A stretch of DNA of 248,000 bases, from NCBI GenBank assembly GCA_009859145.1, contig VRVR01000021.1, positions 20,001 through 268,000 of the forward strand, written 5' to 3'. The stretch comes from Andalucia godoyi And28. Taxonomy: Eukaryota; Protista; Jakobida. The notes below the pieces were generated by a model. The model had not been told where the DNA came from. It ran no database searches and saw nothing but the letters and a program-made list of their open reading frames with translations. Both the position numbers and the translations under genes were made by a program. Positions 80,431 to 92,113 of this stretch are shown here, in pieces (the stretch's first letter is position 1; every line of letters starts with the position of its first letter).

Positions 80431-81615
80431 ATGGCGGCGGCGTCGTCGTCTGCGGCTCTCCTGGCGGACGTTCCAGCGCGGTTCCTTGCGTCGTGTACAG
80501 TGGACTGGCGTGCTCTGGAGGCTGCGTTTCTATCTTGTCTCAACTCAGGGTCTAGCGTGACTTCTTCTTCGAGCCTGTCGCATAGCTTTTCAGCCGGTGG
80601 AGCGGCGGTCACCACCTCAACAACAGCCAAAACAGCATTATCGTCATCCTCGACAACGTCAGCTGCGGCCACGACGACGGCTGCCGCAATTGTGTCCAGT
80701 GTGCTGGCAACGACACAGCGGCTGCTGGGACAAGGGCATGCCGAGGAAGCGCAGTACGGCGCTCAGACAGCACTTCGATATGCAGAGCGTGTGCATGGCG
80801 CGTCGTCCGCGGTTGTCGTCGAGGCGCAGCTGCTCGTCGCCAAGGCTGCGTATGCCGTTCAGCAATTCAGTCAGTGCGAGCAGTTTCTTGCCATGGCCCG
80901 ATGGGGCGCAAGTCGACAGCCATCAACTCCGCTTGCGATTCGAGCCGAGTTGCACCTCTATGAGGGCCTGCTCTACGCCTCCACGCGTCGTCTGGAGGAT
81001 GCCGTCAAGGCATTGTCGACGCATGTGTACTATGTCTGCTTGGACCACACGCCGCTGTCCTACTTTTCTCGCGATGTTACGGCAACAGCATCACCACCAG
81101 CGGCTGCAGACCAGGGCGCGTTTTGTCTTGCTGCGACCACCGGATATCTCCAGCTCGGAAATGTATTTGCTGCGCTCGGACGCATGGACGCAGCTCTTGC
81201 GTGCTTTGATGCAGTCGTTGCTTCTTGGTCCGCATTCCTGCTGTCCGTCGCCCCCGAGCTTGTGAGCAATCCGTTGCATCAACGACCAGGAGGCGCCGGA
81301 AACGAAAATGAACGATATGACGATGAGCTGGAAAAGGAGAGTGAGAAAGAGGAAAAGAGGCTGCCGGCGGACGTGACGAGCGAGGATGGAGTAAGGGCGT
81401 TGGCGAGAGTGCTGGATGTGCGCATATCGAGATTCGGAAGAGAAGATCAGAGAGTCGCAGAGGCACACGAGGTTCTTGGAAATCTGCTTTTGTGGACTGG
81501 TGACGCAGAAAAGGCGCGTGAGCATCTTGTATCGGCCTATGAAATCACAAGACTCGCACTCGGAGACGACCATCCACACTCGACAGCTCTCATGCAGCGC
81601 ATCCTGCAGCTCTGA
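80431..81615 (+). CDS. TPR protein, ZMYND12-like
   Basis: EQFLAMARW..LHLYEGLLYA..THVYY..TGYLQLGNVF matches the ZMYND12 TPR region. Confidence 0.6.
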   Translation: MAAASSSAALLADVPARFLASCTVDWRALEAAFLSCLNSGSSVTSSSSLSHSFSAGGAAVTTSTTAKTALSSSSTTSAAATTTAAAIVSSVLATTQRLLGQGHAEEAQYGAQTALRYAERVHGASSAVVVEAQLLVAKAAYAVQQFSQCEQFLAMARWGASRQPSTPLAIRAELHLYEGLLYASTRRLEDAVKALSTHVYYVCLDHTPLSYFSRDVTATASPPAAADQGAFCLAATTGYLQLGNVFAALGRMDAALACFDAVVASWSAFLLSVAPELVSNPLHQRPGGAGNENERYDDELEKESEKEEKRLPADVTSEDGVRALARVLDVRISRFGREDQRVAEAHEVLGNLLLWTGDAEKAREHLVSAYEITRLALGDDHPHSTALMQRILQL

Positions 81616-81811
81616 AAGAGAAGGCAACATAGTAGACATGCATGTACATACATTCTTCAATACATTTTCTCTCTCTCTCTCTCTTTGCTTCTTTCTCTCT
81701 TTCGTTTCGTTTCGTTTCGTTTCAATTCGTTTTCTTCATTTTCTTTATATCATCATCGAAAACAACAACGGCAGCGAGTATCGCAACAGCATCGTCGGCG
81801 AGACAGGGGAC

Positions 81812-82768
81812 TTACTGGTGGAAGGTGTGGACAGTGATGTGGCCGAGGTTCCATCCGACATAGATGGTCTCGCCGTCTGCAGAGAACGAGACTGCAGTCG
81901 GGAACGGCTTGACGGCCTTGCGACCCACGGGGCCAAAGTCGTGGCTGAGGCGTCCAACGACCTTGCGCGACTGGAGATCCCAGATGAAGACACCGTCCGC
82001 GGTGGCGGCAGCGAGCCAGTAGCGGTTCGGGGAGAAGGAGAGCGCATGGATGGGCTCGTTTGCCTCGAGGAACGTGAGGTAGCGGCACTCGGTGAGGTCC
82101 CAGAGAATTGCCTTTCCGTCGCGTCCGCCAGATGCGCAGAGCGAACCGTCCGGCGAGACGGCAACTGTGGACACGTATCCAGTGTGTCCAACAAGGTTGG
82201 CGTGGAGACGGCAGTTGTTCAGGTTCCAGACCTTGACCAGGCGATCGCAGCCTGCCGACACAATAAGCGGTGCCGAGGCTGACGGCGAGAAACGAACGCA
82301 GGAAACCCAGTCCGAGTGTCCATCGTCAGAGATGGTGTACTTGCACTCACCGAGGGTGTTCCACAGCTTGATGGTGCGGTCGCGAGAGCACGACACAATC
82401 TGGCGGTTGTCGGCCGAGAAGGCAACAGACAAGACATCCTTGGAGTGACCAACAAAGCGACGCTGCGACTTGCCGGTCTTGAGGTCCCACAGACGGAGAG
82501 TCGAGTCCCAGGACCCAGAAAGTGCATACTGGCCGTCGTGAGAAAGAACTACATCTTGCACAAAGTGCGCATGGCCACGGAGAGCCTTCTCCGGTGCTCC
82601 AACAAGCTGCTGCTCGGTGTCCACGGCATCAAGGTTCCACTTGATCAGCGACTTGTCACGAGAAGACGAAACAACAACGTTGTTCGCGGCAGAAACGGCA
82701 ATTGCAGTAACCCAGTTCGAGTGGCCCTTCAGGAGACCCTTGGTGTCAAAATAGAATGTATCAGACAT
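81812..82768 (-). CDS. RACK1: RACK1 (WD40 ribosomal scaffold)
   Basis: [39 protein letters not shown]. Confidence 0.97.
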   Translation of the reverse strand: MSDTFYFDTKGLLKGHSNWVTAIAVSAANNVVVSSSRDKSLIKWNLDAVDTEQQLVGAPEKALRGHAHFVQDVVLSHDGQYALSGSWDSTLRLWDLKTGKSQRRFVGHSKDVLSVAFSADNRQIVSCSRDRTIKLWNTLGECKYTISDDGHSDWVSCVRFSPSASAPLIVSAGCDRLVKVWNLNNCRLHANLVGHTGYVSTVAVSPDGSLCASGGRDGKAILWDLTECRYLTFLEANEPIHALSFSPNRYWLAAATADGVFIWDLQSRKVVGRLSHDFGPVGRKAVKPFPTAVSFSADGETIYVGWNLGHITVHTFHQ

Positions 82769-83087
82769 ATTTTTTGTTCGTTCAATAACGGCGGTACAAG
82801 ATATGCAATCTCTAGGCTCGGATCGAAACTGAAGAAATGAAACAGAGAGAAAGAGACACAGCGAAGGAACAGAAGAAATGAAATAAACACTAAATGAAAT
82901 GTCACAGCATCGGAACACGAAAAGAAAACAGAGCTAGGGTTGCACGTAGGGTTTTCTTTTTTGAGTCCCGTAACAAATCCGCTCATTAGGAGAGAGAAAA
83001 GAGAGACCACTTCGACGGCATATCGGAGGGTTTGATACTTTTTCAGTACAGCAGTTGGCGGATGCGACTCTCGTCCGCTCAGCTGCC

Positions 83088-83494
83088 CGGTACTACCCTC
83101 CAACCCCGAACCTGTCCAAGCATTTGGCTCGCATGCTGCGCCTCAGACAGATTTTTTCGGCGTAGAGGGACTTTATAAATCCGCATCAACGTCCATCCCA
83201 TGAGCTCCCCTTTGAGTGGGGCCATTCGTGGGTCTGCGCACCCTAAAAAACAGAAACAACCTGTGTTTTTGTTCAGAGCTCTCGAATGGATCAATGAGTG
83301 CATTTGTTAGAACCGTTTGGACTTTGGGAACCAGGAAACTAGGGATTTCAACGAGCGAGAGAGAGGGAGAGGGAGAGAGAGAGGGAGAGGCCAGTCATCG
83401 ATCACATTGGGCCTCGACCTACACACCTTCAGCCGTACTATCCGATGACATTCACAGCCACCCACCAGTCGTTTTGGGTTGGAGGGTTATAAGG
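83088..83494 (-). mobile_element. MITE-like element family B copy 3
   Basis: CCT-TATA-ACCCTCCAACC ... GGTTGGAGGGT-AGTA-CCG; about 260 bp nearly identical to the 94.3 kb copy. Confidence 0.75.
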
Positions 83495-83742
83495 CTTTGC
83501 TTCTCTGATGCAACGGTTCACCACCACGTGCGTTGCATCACGACGTGCTGCTGCTCGTGGGAGTGCTCGGAAGGTAGCCCCTCACCCAATGCCTGTCAGA
83601 ATTATTTTTTAAAGAATAATGCACCGTGCACTGTGGTGATCAAGAACGAAAAAGAAAACCAAAAAAGAAAAAAAAAGAAAGAAAGAAACTTTAATTACAG
83701 AAGCAACAGGGGAATGGATCAACGTCCCGTCTGTGTGTGTCA

Positions 83743-84516
83743 TTACTGCGCAGTCCATCCTCCGTCGACTGTGATAGGCTGCCCGGTCAAGAACGAAGCT
83801 TCGTCCGATGCCAAGAACAGGACGGTGTTTGCAATTTCTTCTGGTTTTCCCATCCTTCCCATTGGCGTAGCGTTTTCAAACATGATTTCTGCCTCCCTAC
83901 TTCCTCCCGTAAACCGATCAATCATCGCTGTTCGAATGACGCCCGGATGAACGCTGTTGATACGGATTCCCGACTTTGCGTAATCGAGTGCCGCCGCTCG
84001 CGTCAGGCCCAGTACAGCATGCTTGGAGGCCACATAAGGAGCAATTCCAGTAAATCCCACAAGACCTGCAATCGACGAGCAGTTCACAATCGACCCGCCC
84101 CCACTCTGCTTCAGCATCACGCCAATCTCAAGCTTCATGCAGTTCCACACGCCGCGCAAGTTCACATCGATGACCCTGTCGAACGCCTCGTTGGATTGGT
84201 CTGCTAGAGATCCTTGCGCGCCTTCGATTCCAGCATTGTTGAACGCACAGTCCAAGCGGCCAAACGCTCGGAGCGTCCCGTCAATCAGCTTCTGCACTTG
84301 CGAATACGACGATACGTCGCATGGAAGAAAGATTGCATTCTTGCTCTGCGTAAGCTCGTTGATTTCTCGTACAGACGACTGGCCGTCCACAGTGTTCATA
84401 TCGCTCACAACGACGCGGGCTCCTTGCCGTGCAAACGCTAGTGCAGTGGCTTTACCAATTCCGTTTGCACCGCCAGTCACCAGCGCTACCTTGTTTACAA
84501 AGCGAAGCGCACTCAT
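83743..84516 (-). CDS. Classical SDR oxidoreductase, bacterial-like
   Basis: TGGANGIG, NNAG, YVASKHA, PMGRMGKPEEIA. Confidence 0.92.
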   Translation of the reverse strand: MSALRFVNKVALVTGGANGIGKATALAFARQGARVVVSDMNTVDGQSSVREINELTQSKNAIFLPCDVSSYSQVQKLIDGTLRAFGRLDCAFNNAGIEGAQGSLADQSNEAFDRVIDVNLRGVWNCMKLEIGVMLKQSGGGSIVNCSSIAGLVGFTGIAPYVASKHAVLGLTRAAALDYAKSGIRINSVHPGVIRTAMIDRFTGGSREAEIMFENATPMGRMGKPEEIANTVLFLASDEASFLTGQPITVDGGWTAQ

Positions 84517-85942
84517 TCCTTGTTGAAAGTAAACTGAAACCGGTTCTTCAGCGTCTGTTTTTTTCGTTCTCTCTCTCTCTCTCCTTTTTTTTTTCTTTTC
84601 TTTTTTTGCGGAGAGACGGTTTTAGCGCGCTTTTACTTTGGCTTTTGAAGGGAAAAAACATTCTGCTGCGCGGTCCAAGAACGTCGAGTAGAGGTTATTT
84701 TCATCATCATTCACATCCATCTCTCACTCTCTCTCTCTTTTCGACAACGCTACCTCGCCAAGTTTCAGGTATTTTTGAAACAAACACGAACATCCAACAC
84801 TTCCAGTATGACCAGATTAGCCCTTGCAGAAGCAAAACGCCTGCTTATACGCAGCCCTTGTTGGGCTGTTGCTCGTTCGTATCGTCTCCATGCTGCAATG
84901 TTGCTTGTCAATGGGAACTAGGAAAACGACCACGTCTCCAGGAGAAGCGGCAGGTCTCAGCTCGTCGTCACCAGAAGCAGTCTTCTTCGGACGGTTATAT
85001 TTGTAAGCAAACAGACTGCCCCCTCGCAGGACGCCACAACCGCAGGGCGTTAGCGAGAGAAGAACCCCCCAAAACAGCAGTGGAGGGGAAAACACCCAGC
85101 ACGACCATCCGTTCGTTCAGCGGAAATGAAAGGTTCGGAACAATGCAGAACAGACCATGTGCTGCTGCTGGCCGCAAGCTGAATGTGCAGGTCAGGTCAC
85201 ACGGCTTCGAAAGAAAAGTCTCGAACCATTGACGTGGATTGGAAATGCTACCATAAACCTTGTTTTTGGCTGGCATAGCGGATCATGCGGGTGGGAGCAA
85301 AGAAACGGCACAAGAGTAAGGAGCAGCGGACCCAGTCGTCTTGCTGAGCATGCTTGTTTTCCCTCAAACGGAGAAGACCAAAGGGCTCGGCCCGCTTCTC
85401 TGCTTGGATGGGCCCAAGTGTTTTCGCTTGGGAAGGAAAGCGTCTTGCCAAGGTCCAGCTCCGGACTCCTCTGATCACCGAAGAACGATGACATGCACCC
85501 GACAATGGATGGACACGTTCCGTTTGCTCGCACCGCATGGTTTGAAACTCGCGAACCTCAATGCGAGGAATCGAGATTGCGTAACTCCGCCGCTACCATA
85601 TTGATCGATTGCTGGTATTTGTTTCCCCGTATTGCTCAGACGGCCACAGTGGACCGGACTTTTAGCACGCCAGGAAGCGTGCGGGCTGTGCACAGACGCA
85701 GTGTTCACGGGAATTTTTCCGGTAAATTCGTCGCGTGCACCCAGAAGTGAAAATGGTCCAGAACAAAACACATGCGCGTATCAGCGAAGGACGATCTTCT
85801 TTCGTCGTTCTCTCTCATCTTCTTCCTCGTTTTCTTAATCAGTCACACTTTCTTTGGCTCCAAAAAGTGCTACCTCTTTTTTTTTCCTGCGTCTGACCGA
85901 TTGGCAACAGGAAGAAACAAGCAACACAAAAAGTATCCAGCC

Positions 85943-86788
85943 ATGGGGATTTGCAAGTCCAAGCATTCTTCTGCTTTGCAAAGGCAGGGCAGGATCGAGA
86001 GAGAGAGGGCAAAGCTGCAAGAAGCGCGCCCGTCCGCAGTCCAGGTGTCCATCATTCGATCAAAAGGCACTGGTGCAAAGCGAACAGTCGCGTCTGAACA
86101 CTTTCGATCCCCAACGCGAAGAAACGCTCTGAGACCGAAAAGTGCATCAGCGATCGCGTCTTCTCGAGGTGGCGCGCTGGATGACGCCAGCCCGAGAGCA
86201 TCATTTTATCGTAAGCATGCACCCGCATCACGCGTGATGCACTGTGTGGAATGCCCAGATGATCTCTCAGCGTTGGCGGCGCTCAGTGAGCCGCTTTCAA
86301 ACAATTCTTCCAGAAACACTGCGCACGATTTCAGCAGTACTGCTGAAGCTGAAGCTCAGAATGCAAATATCGATTCGACTGCAAGATGCGATTCCGTAGA
86401 GGTCTGGAGAAATTTGCTGGTGTGGTCGCAGTCATCGGCGGCCGCTTTTGCTGCCCGACCCTTCGCGGTACACCAAGACGAAGAGCTCTTGTCGCCACAT
86501 CGCCCAGAGGATGCGCAAACTATTCGGACGTTTGAATCGTTTTTTCTGCCTAATACTCCTCTGGATTCGCCGACGGATGAAAGATCGGATTTATGGGAGA
86601 AAGAGTCCCAAACTGAAACCCCGCAATCCGTGCCGGATGGCTGGGTGGACACTCGATGGGCCGAGACCAAGAAGGCTCGGCTGCGGGTTCGATTCTCTGC
86701 CTCTCCCATCGCTTCTTGTGTGTACTACTCCGTGGATTCCGCACCCCGCAGCGTCTCTGCCTCTTGCCTCTTGCCTCTGTCGCTCTAA
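85943..86788 (+). CDS. Hypothetical protein (MGxxxS start, RVRF motif)
   Basis: MGICKSK..RLRVRFS. Confidence 0.5.
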   Translation: MGICKSKHSSALQRQGRIERERAKLQEARPSAVQVSIIRSKGTGAKRTVASEHFRSPTRRNALRPKSASAIASSRGGALDDASPRASFYRKHAPASRVMHCVECPDDLSALAALSEPLSNNSSRNTAHDFSSTAEAEAQNANIDSTARCDSVEVWRNLLVWSQSSAAAFAARPFAVHQDEELLSPHRPEDAQTIRTFESFFLPNTPLDSPTDERSDLWEKESQTETPQSVPDGWVDTRWAETKKARLRVRFSASPIASCVYYSVDSAPRSVSASCLLPLSL

Positions 86789-86977
86789 ATTCAAATCCGC
86801 CTGCTGCTGAAGAAAAGTCGTGTATGTGCATTGCAGACTTGCAGATCCAGGGGCTTCCGAAATATAATGCCCAAGCCTTTGCTCCAGTGTCTTGAACTGA
86901 TGCGCACGGGGTTCACTGGTCACCACAGGAAGACAAGAATGCGTCGAATATATTAAAAACTCGAGCGACCACGCACA

Positions 86978-87010
<33 letters not shown>

Positions 87011-88435
87011 GAGGAGTCTGGGATGCCGGGATAGTGGATTTTCAAGATGTTGCAGCAACTGAAAAGGGTTTGTGTGCGCTTGGATTCCACGGGGAAAGAG
87101 AACGTCGGAGAATCGGAGAGCAGCTGCTATCCATGTATGCCATCCTGTCTACTATGGACCTCTTCGAGGAAGTTGTGAATGAATGAAGCACATCTTTTTG
87201 CTTCCCCCTTTTCTTTTTTTTATATTTAAATTATATATTATCTTTTTTTAAATTTCGCGAGCCTGAGCCTGTGCCTGTGAGGTTGGAAATCAATATGTGA
87301 TCTTGCGCACAGTGCGGGATCCTTTTTTCCTGCAGTCTGATGTAAACGATCGCGCAGTTTGCAAAAGATGGTTTTGACTGACAACGGGCATCAAATATAG
87401 CGAGATGTGTGCTTGTGCGGGGTTCGTTCATGCGTGGGAATCGCGAAATCGGGGCGGGGCAATCGACCCCTGCTGTACGTCTTTGTGCCCAAATGGAGAA
87501 CTGGGCGACGTGACAGACGGGCAGCCGACGAAGCGTCGCATTCGTCGGATGCGTGACAGTGTGCGTGAGAAACTGACAAGAGCATCAAAAGAATAGACGC
87601 TTCCGCCCGCGCCCCGCTTCCTTTCGTTTTCCCGGCTTTTTTTTTCCGTTCTTCTTTTGTTTGCTGATACGCGGTGCAGCCGTCAGGCGGGCGAACGCTT
87701 CGTGACAAACGGCGAAGATCGAGTCGTTTCCTATGCGAGCAAAGGAAACCGTCAAACTGGCATCTCAGTGCGAGCAGATGGTGCACGAGTTTGTCGGTGC
87801 TGATTCCGTGGTGCTCTGCATTCCATGATCCTGACAGCCAGATGATGCAATGTCCATCACAATGTGGCCTGGGGTTGAAAGAAGATGGGCTCTGCCGCTT
87901 CCACTCTCAACGCGTCAGGGAAGTTGCTTACCGCCCGGTATCACAGATTGGTTCAGGCCGAATTCCTGCTTGTACTGACCTGTCATTATTACATTGGAAT
88001 CCTCTCTGGATCGTCGCCTGTGCTCTGGCGCTCGGTGGTACGTGGACCAGTGCCCAGCCCGTCCACGACCGCGGGCTCGAGTGAAAAGAATGATCGGGTA
88101 TCTTTGAAGGTTTGGCCCTCCGCAGGACGATGACAACGAGTCGACCTCAGAATTCCCTTCCTTGGAAAAACATTCCTTTTCTACTTCATCTGCAATAATC
88201 TGTCTGCTGTCTGCTGCTCATCACAATCGACCTCTTACGTGCATTGTAACCTCCAAGTCTCCCCAAGTTCCAGGTTCTTGGCTCTTGGCTCTCGTTTTAG
88301 CTGTGCGATCTGTATCATTGGCATCACGTCTTCCTCCTTTCTCTGCCTCTCCACCGGCTTTTTTTAGGGGGGGGGAAAGCGAGGTTCACAGCAAACTCAG
88401 GAAAAGACCGTCCGTGGTTGCATTCCAACATTTGG

Positions 88436-89575
88436 ATGGGCATAGGTAATTCTAAGCGGAGGAAGTCCGCCGGAACGTCTCCGATCAAAGAAAAGGCCCC
88501 ACTGAATGCAAAGGATTCGCAAGCGACGCAGCAGAGTCCTCGGCCTGACCAGCGAACTCCGGCTTCCACCAATCACACTTCTGTCGTGTCGTTCGATATG
88601 GTAGAAACGCCGTCGCCAACTCTGGAGGGAACATCCTTTCCGACCGCAGGCACTGCCGATCTGTTTGTCCGCAGGACAGAAGGATCTCCGAGCGCGAGCG
88701 CATCGCCAATGCTCCCTGTCTCGGATCAAAAGGAGAACCACACCGCGCTGGGCAACTCTCCTTCGAAAGTCTTTGCGGTGGTCCCTGCCAATCACAGTAA
88801 TCAAACAGTCCCGTCTCTCTCATATTCCCAGTCTCCTTCGCGACCGCTGGTTTCCAAATACGTTGTCACTCCCAAAATAATGCCCCGTTCTCGTTTCAAC
88901 TCCGATGCCGATTTACATCGCACGACAAATTGCAAGCAGTATGATCCTTTGCTGATGCTTTCGTCGAGCTTCTCTCCTGCACAGAGGAGTGTGCTGATGA
89001 ATCGCGCAGTTGCTGAAGGCTCCGCCAGCCCTGCCACAAACACTGACGCGTCGTTGGATTCCGTTAGTATGCCCAAGCCTCTAAAAGGGATCTTGCGACA
89101 CACGAGCACCGTGGGAAGTTTACCTGAAGCAAGGAGGCGAGGCTTATCGCTGATCATGCGTGCTGCACCGCAGGTAAACAGCCCCGCGCGCCCCTCCAAG
89201 AACGTGCAGTTCGGGACAGATGAGAGTCGTGTTCTTGTTTTTCAGCCGTATTCTCCTCCGTCGATGAGTGCAACGGGCTCTGCAGGCGTGGATATTTTCC
89301 AATCTGAGAGATCTCCATCGCCGGCATTCTATCCCTCCGTACCTTTGTACAATGTATATGCGGACGACTCGTCTTCGGAGGATGAAGACATGACAGAAGA
89401 TGAGCGAACGATGATCCAACGCAAATTTGGAGGCGTTCTAGTTCCAAGTGGACGAGGTTTTGTGCCTTTGTTGTTTCCTCCCGCAATCATCCCCAATGCG
89501 GTGTGCCCGGATAGACCGGGCGATAGGGATGTTGATGATAACGACGATGATGAACATCACTTTGTAATGGAATAA
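88436..89575 (+). CDS. Hypothetical disordered protein (MGxxxS start, KNVQF motif)
   Basis: MGIGNSK..LKGILRH..KNVQFG. Confidence 0.55.
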   Translation: MGIGNSKRRKSAGTSPIKEKAPLNAKDSQATQQSPRPDQRTPASTNHTSVVSFDMVETPSPTLEGTSFPTAGTADLFVRRTEGSPSASASPMLPVSDQKENHTALGNSPSKVFAVVPANHSNQTVPSLSYSQSPSRPLVSKYVVTPKIMPRSRFNSDADLHRTTNCKQYDPLLMLSSSFSPAQRSVLMNRAVAEGSASPATNTDASLDSVSMPKPLKGILRHTSTVGSLPEARRRGLSLIMRAAPQVNSPARPSKNVQFGTDESRVLVFQPYSPPSMSATGSAGVDIFQSERSPSPAFYPSVPLYNVYADDSSSEDEDMTEDERTMIQRKFGGVLVPSGRGFVPLLFPPAIIPNAVCPDRPGDRDVDDNDDDEHHFVME

Positions 89576-89646
89576 GCGAGTAGAAGGGTGTTCTTTCCTG
89601 AAATATTTCCCCCATCACTGCTCTCCATTTTTCAGTGCTCTGGGGC

Positions 89647-89679
<33 letters not shown>

Positions 89680-89885
89680 CGTGCGTGCGTGTGCGCGTGT
89701 GTTTGTGCTCGCTGTTGCGATTCATAGAACTTCAAACCATAGATTTCTGGTTCGGGCTATACACTTAATTGAATTAAATAACAGACATTTTGTAGTGTAC
89801 TTTGTTTTCTGAACATGTGCTGTTTCTTGATGTTGTTGTTTTTTTTTTTTCTTTTTTCTTCAATTTATCCAAATTCGATGTTGCC

Positions 89886-91784
89886 TCACGAAGGAGCCCA
89901 CGCATTGCTTTTGTGTTTCGGCACAAATTTAAAGTCCGCACTGGGGGGGCCCAAGAACAGTTCTGACAATCGCATCCAATCCCCTAGATAGGGAGAGGCC
90001 ATCCAAGACTCGAGATCCGAGCGGCCACAAAATGGCTCCGGTCTGTCCGTGATCCGAGCAGGAACGTGCTCAAGAATTCCGACCGGAACGTAACGATGCG
90101 AGAACGACATCCATTCCAGCAAGAATCGACGAGTCGCCGAAACACCGTGAGAATCAGAACCCCAATGTTCAAGCCCAAGATCCACAAACTTCTTGATAAC
90201 GTCCAGTCGTTCCGAGGCAGAAATATCCCAGTGTCTCTTCTCTTTGATTTCCGTGAATAGCCACGGTTTGATCAACGCCCCCCGACCAATCATAAACGAC
90301 GTCATTTCCGGGATCATCGTCTTGTGATCTTCCACATCTTCCCAGCAGAAAATATCACCATTGCCAATTACCTTCGTACGGCAATTCGGAACTTGTTGCG
90401 GGACCTTCTGGCATTCGGCAATATACTCCCAAGAAGCAAGTTTTGAGTACCGCTGCGCGCGCGTCCTCCCATGAACTGTCACAAGAGGGAGGTTCATCTC
90501 ACAGGCTTGCTTCACCAACTTCGTGCCATAAAGCTGCTTATCATCGTGCCCAATGCGGATCTTCGCTGTCACGGGGCATGTTCCTCGCAACGAGTTTTGC
90601 AAGCCGCACAAGACACCTTCCCACCGCAGTCGCCGCAGCGAAAGACCGCACCCCATTCCTCGATCCACAACCGGTTCTAAAGGGCATCCACAATTCAAAT
90701 CGACAAAATCCACATTCGGAGCATACTGCCGAATCAGCTCTCCGCATTCAGCTGCCATGCCCGGCATGGAGCACGCAACTTGAACGCCAAAGATATCCTC
90801 CGATGGATGTCTCTTCAGCAGCGCCCATTCGGACTGGGACCCAGCGCAGAGTTCCGGCGCCAATGCCATCTCAGACACAGTAATATCCGCACCGAACATT
90901 TTGCAGATTGCTCGGAACGGCAGGTTTCCAACAGTTGTTAAGGGTGCCAAAATCAACTTGTTATCGAATGTCCATTTTTTCGGGGCTTCGAACCACGTTG
91001 GATTCTCCGAAGACGTCGCACCATCCACGGAGGGATACAAGCGAGGGACATGTGTTTTCCTCTCATTTTGGTACTGGAAGAAATTAAGCGTTACGAAACT
91101 TCCTTTTTCCCGGTATGCAGCATATGCATCCCAGACTTTTGCGAATGCCGCGGAATGCGGCCTTGCGTGATCCTTGCTGCGGATCTGATTGAGAGTATTT
91201 CGGTCGACATAGTTAATCGGTCTGAGGCTTCCGTCATATCGATCCATGGACGCATCATGAACATGCCCCGGCTCGCTGGCGAATGCACAGTCTCGGAACG
91301 GACACCTTCCAACCGACTTCATAAACGGACAGCAAATATGCTGAACGTGCTGCTGCACATCCCAGTCCTTGTTCCACTCCGTCACGAAGTTTGAGTCATG
91401 GACGCTGTCAGCCATAATCATGCTCATCTCATCATCTTCCGTCGTGTCGAGGCGCCCATTTCCAGACATGACTTTCTTGCGATCTCTGGCCGTAATCTGG
91501 CCTCGGAAGCGAGCCTTTTTCGCAGCTGGCGGCTGCTGTCCATGTCCTTCCGGGGCCCCCGCTTCCGAATGACCTTCTTGCTCGACACTGCTCGTCGCAT
91601 CCGCTGTCTGCTGGTTCTTCTTCTCAGAAAGAACTTGCTTGGCTCGGTGCCGCCACATGTTCCAATTGAAAGGATGGTCTCGTGACAGCACGTGCTCGGC
91701 CTTGATGTGCGCCTTTCCCCTCTCGTACTTTTGCTTGGCTTCTCCAGATTCCATCGACAACGAACCACTCATTTCAAAAATCAC
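89886..91784 (-). CDS. DUS3: tRNA-dihydrouridine(47) synthase
   Basis: LAPLTTVGNLPFR, DLNCGCP, TVHGRTRAQRYSK, IGRGALIKPWLF. Confidence 0.94.
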   Translation of the reverse strand: MIFEMSGSLSMESGEAKQKYERGKAHIKAEHVLSRDHPFNWNMWRHRAKQVLSEKKNQQTADATSSVEQEGHSEAGAPEGHGQQPPAAKKARFRGQITARDRKKVMSGNGRLDTTEDDEMSMIMADSVHDSNFVTEWNKDWDVQQHVQHICCPFMKSVGRCPFRDCAFASEPGHVHDASMDRYDGSLRPINYVDRNTLNQIRSKDHARPHSAAFAKVWDAYAAYREKGSFVTLNFFQYQNERKTHVPRLYPSVDGATSSENPTWFEAPKKWTFDNKLILAPLTTVGNLPFRAICKMFGADITVSEMALAPELCAGSQSEWALLKRHPSEDIFGVQVACSMPGMAAECGELIRQYAPNVDFVDLNCGCPLEPVVDRGMGCGLSLRRLRWEGVLCGLQNSLRGTCPVTAKIRIGHDDKQLYGTKLVKQACEMNLPLVTVHGRTRAQRYSKLASWEYIAECQKVPQQVPNCRTKVIGNGDIFCWEDVEDHKTMIPEMTSFMIGRGALIKPWLFTEIKEKRHWDISASERLDVIKKFVDLGLEHWGSDSHGVSATRRFLLEWMSFSHRYVPVGILEHVPARITDRPEPFCGRSDLESWMASPYLGDWMRLSELFLGPPSADFKFVPKHKSNAWAPS

Positions 91785-92113
91785 ACTAATTCGTAATTGC
91801 TAAACAAGTCTCCCCAAAACCATCCGTCATTACGAAGAGAGAAGGAGGAACAGCAGCAACAATGCTATCAGCGAAACAACACTTAGACCCGCAGTTTGAT
91901 TTGTCTTTTTTTTTTCTTTTTAGTTTTTTTACGACCGCGATTATTGCATTCAAACACAAATGAAAAGATGGTGCTTGGGCGGAGTCCTCTTAGTCTTTTA
92001 CCCGCTCTCCGTAGTATGATGATGATGATGATGATGGTAGACAAGCATGCACACACTGGTGATTTTAACCGCGAGTTGCTCGCAGGCAAGCCATCTCCGT
92101 CTTGCCCCGCTTT

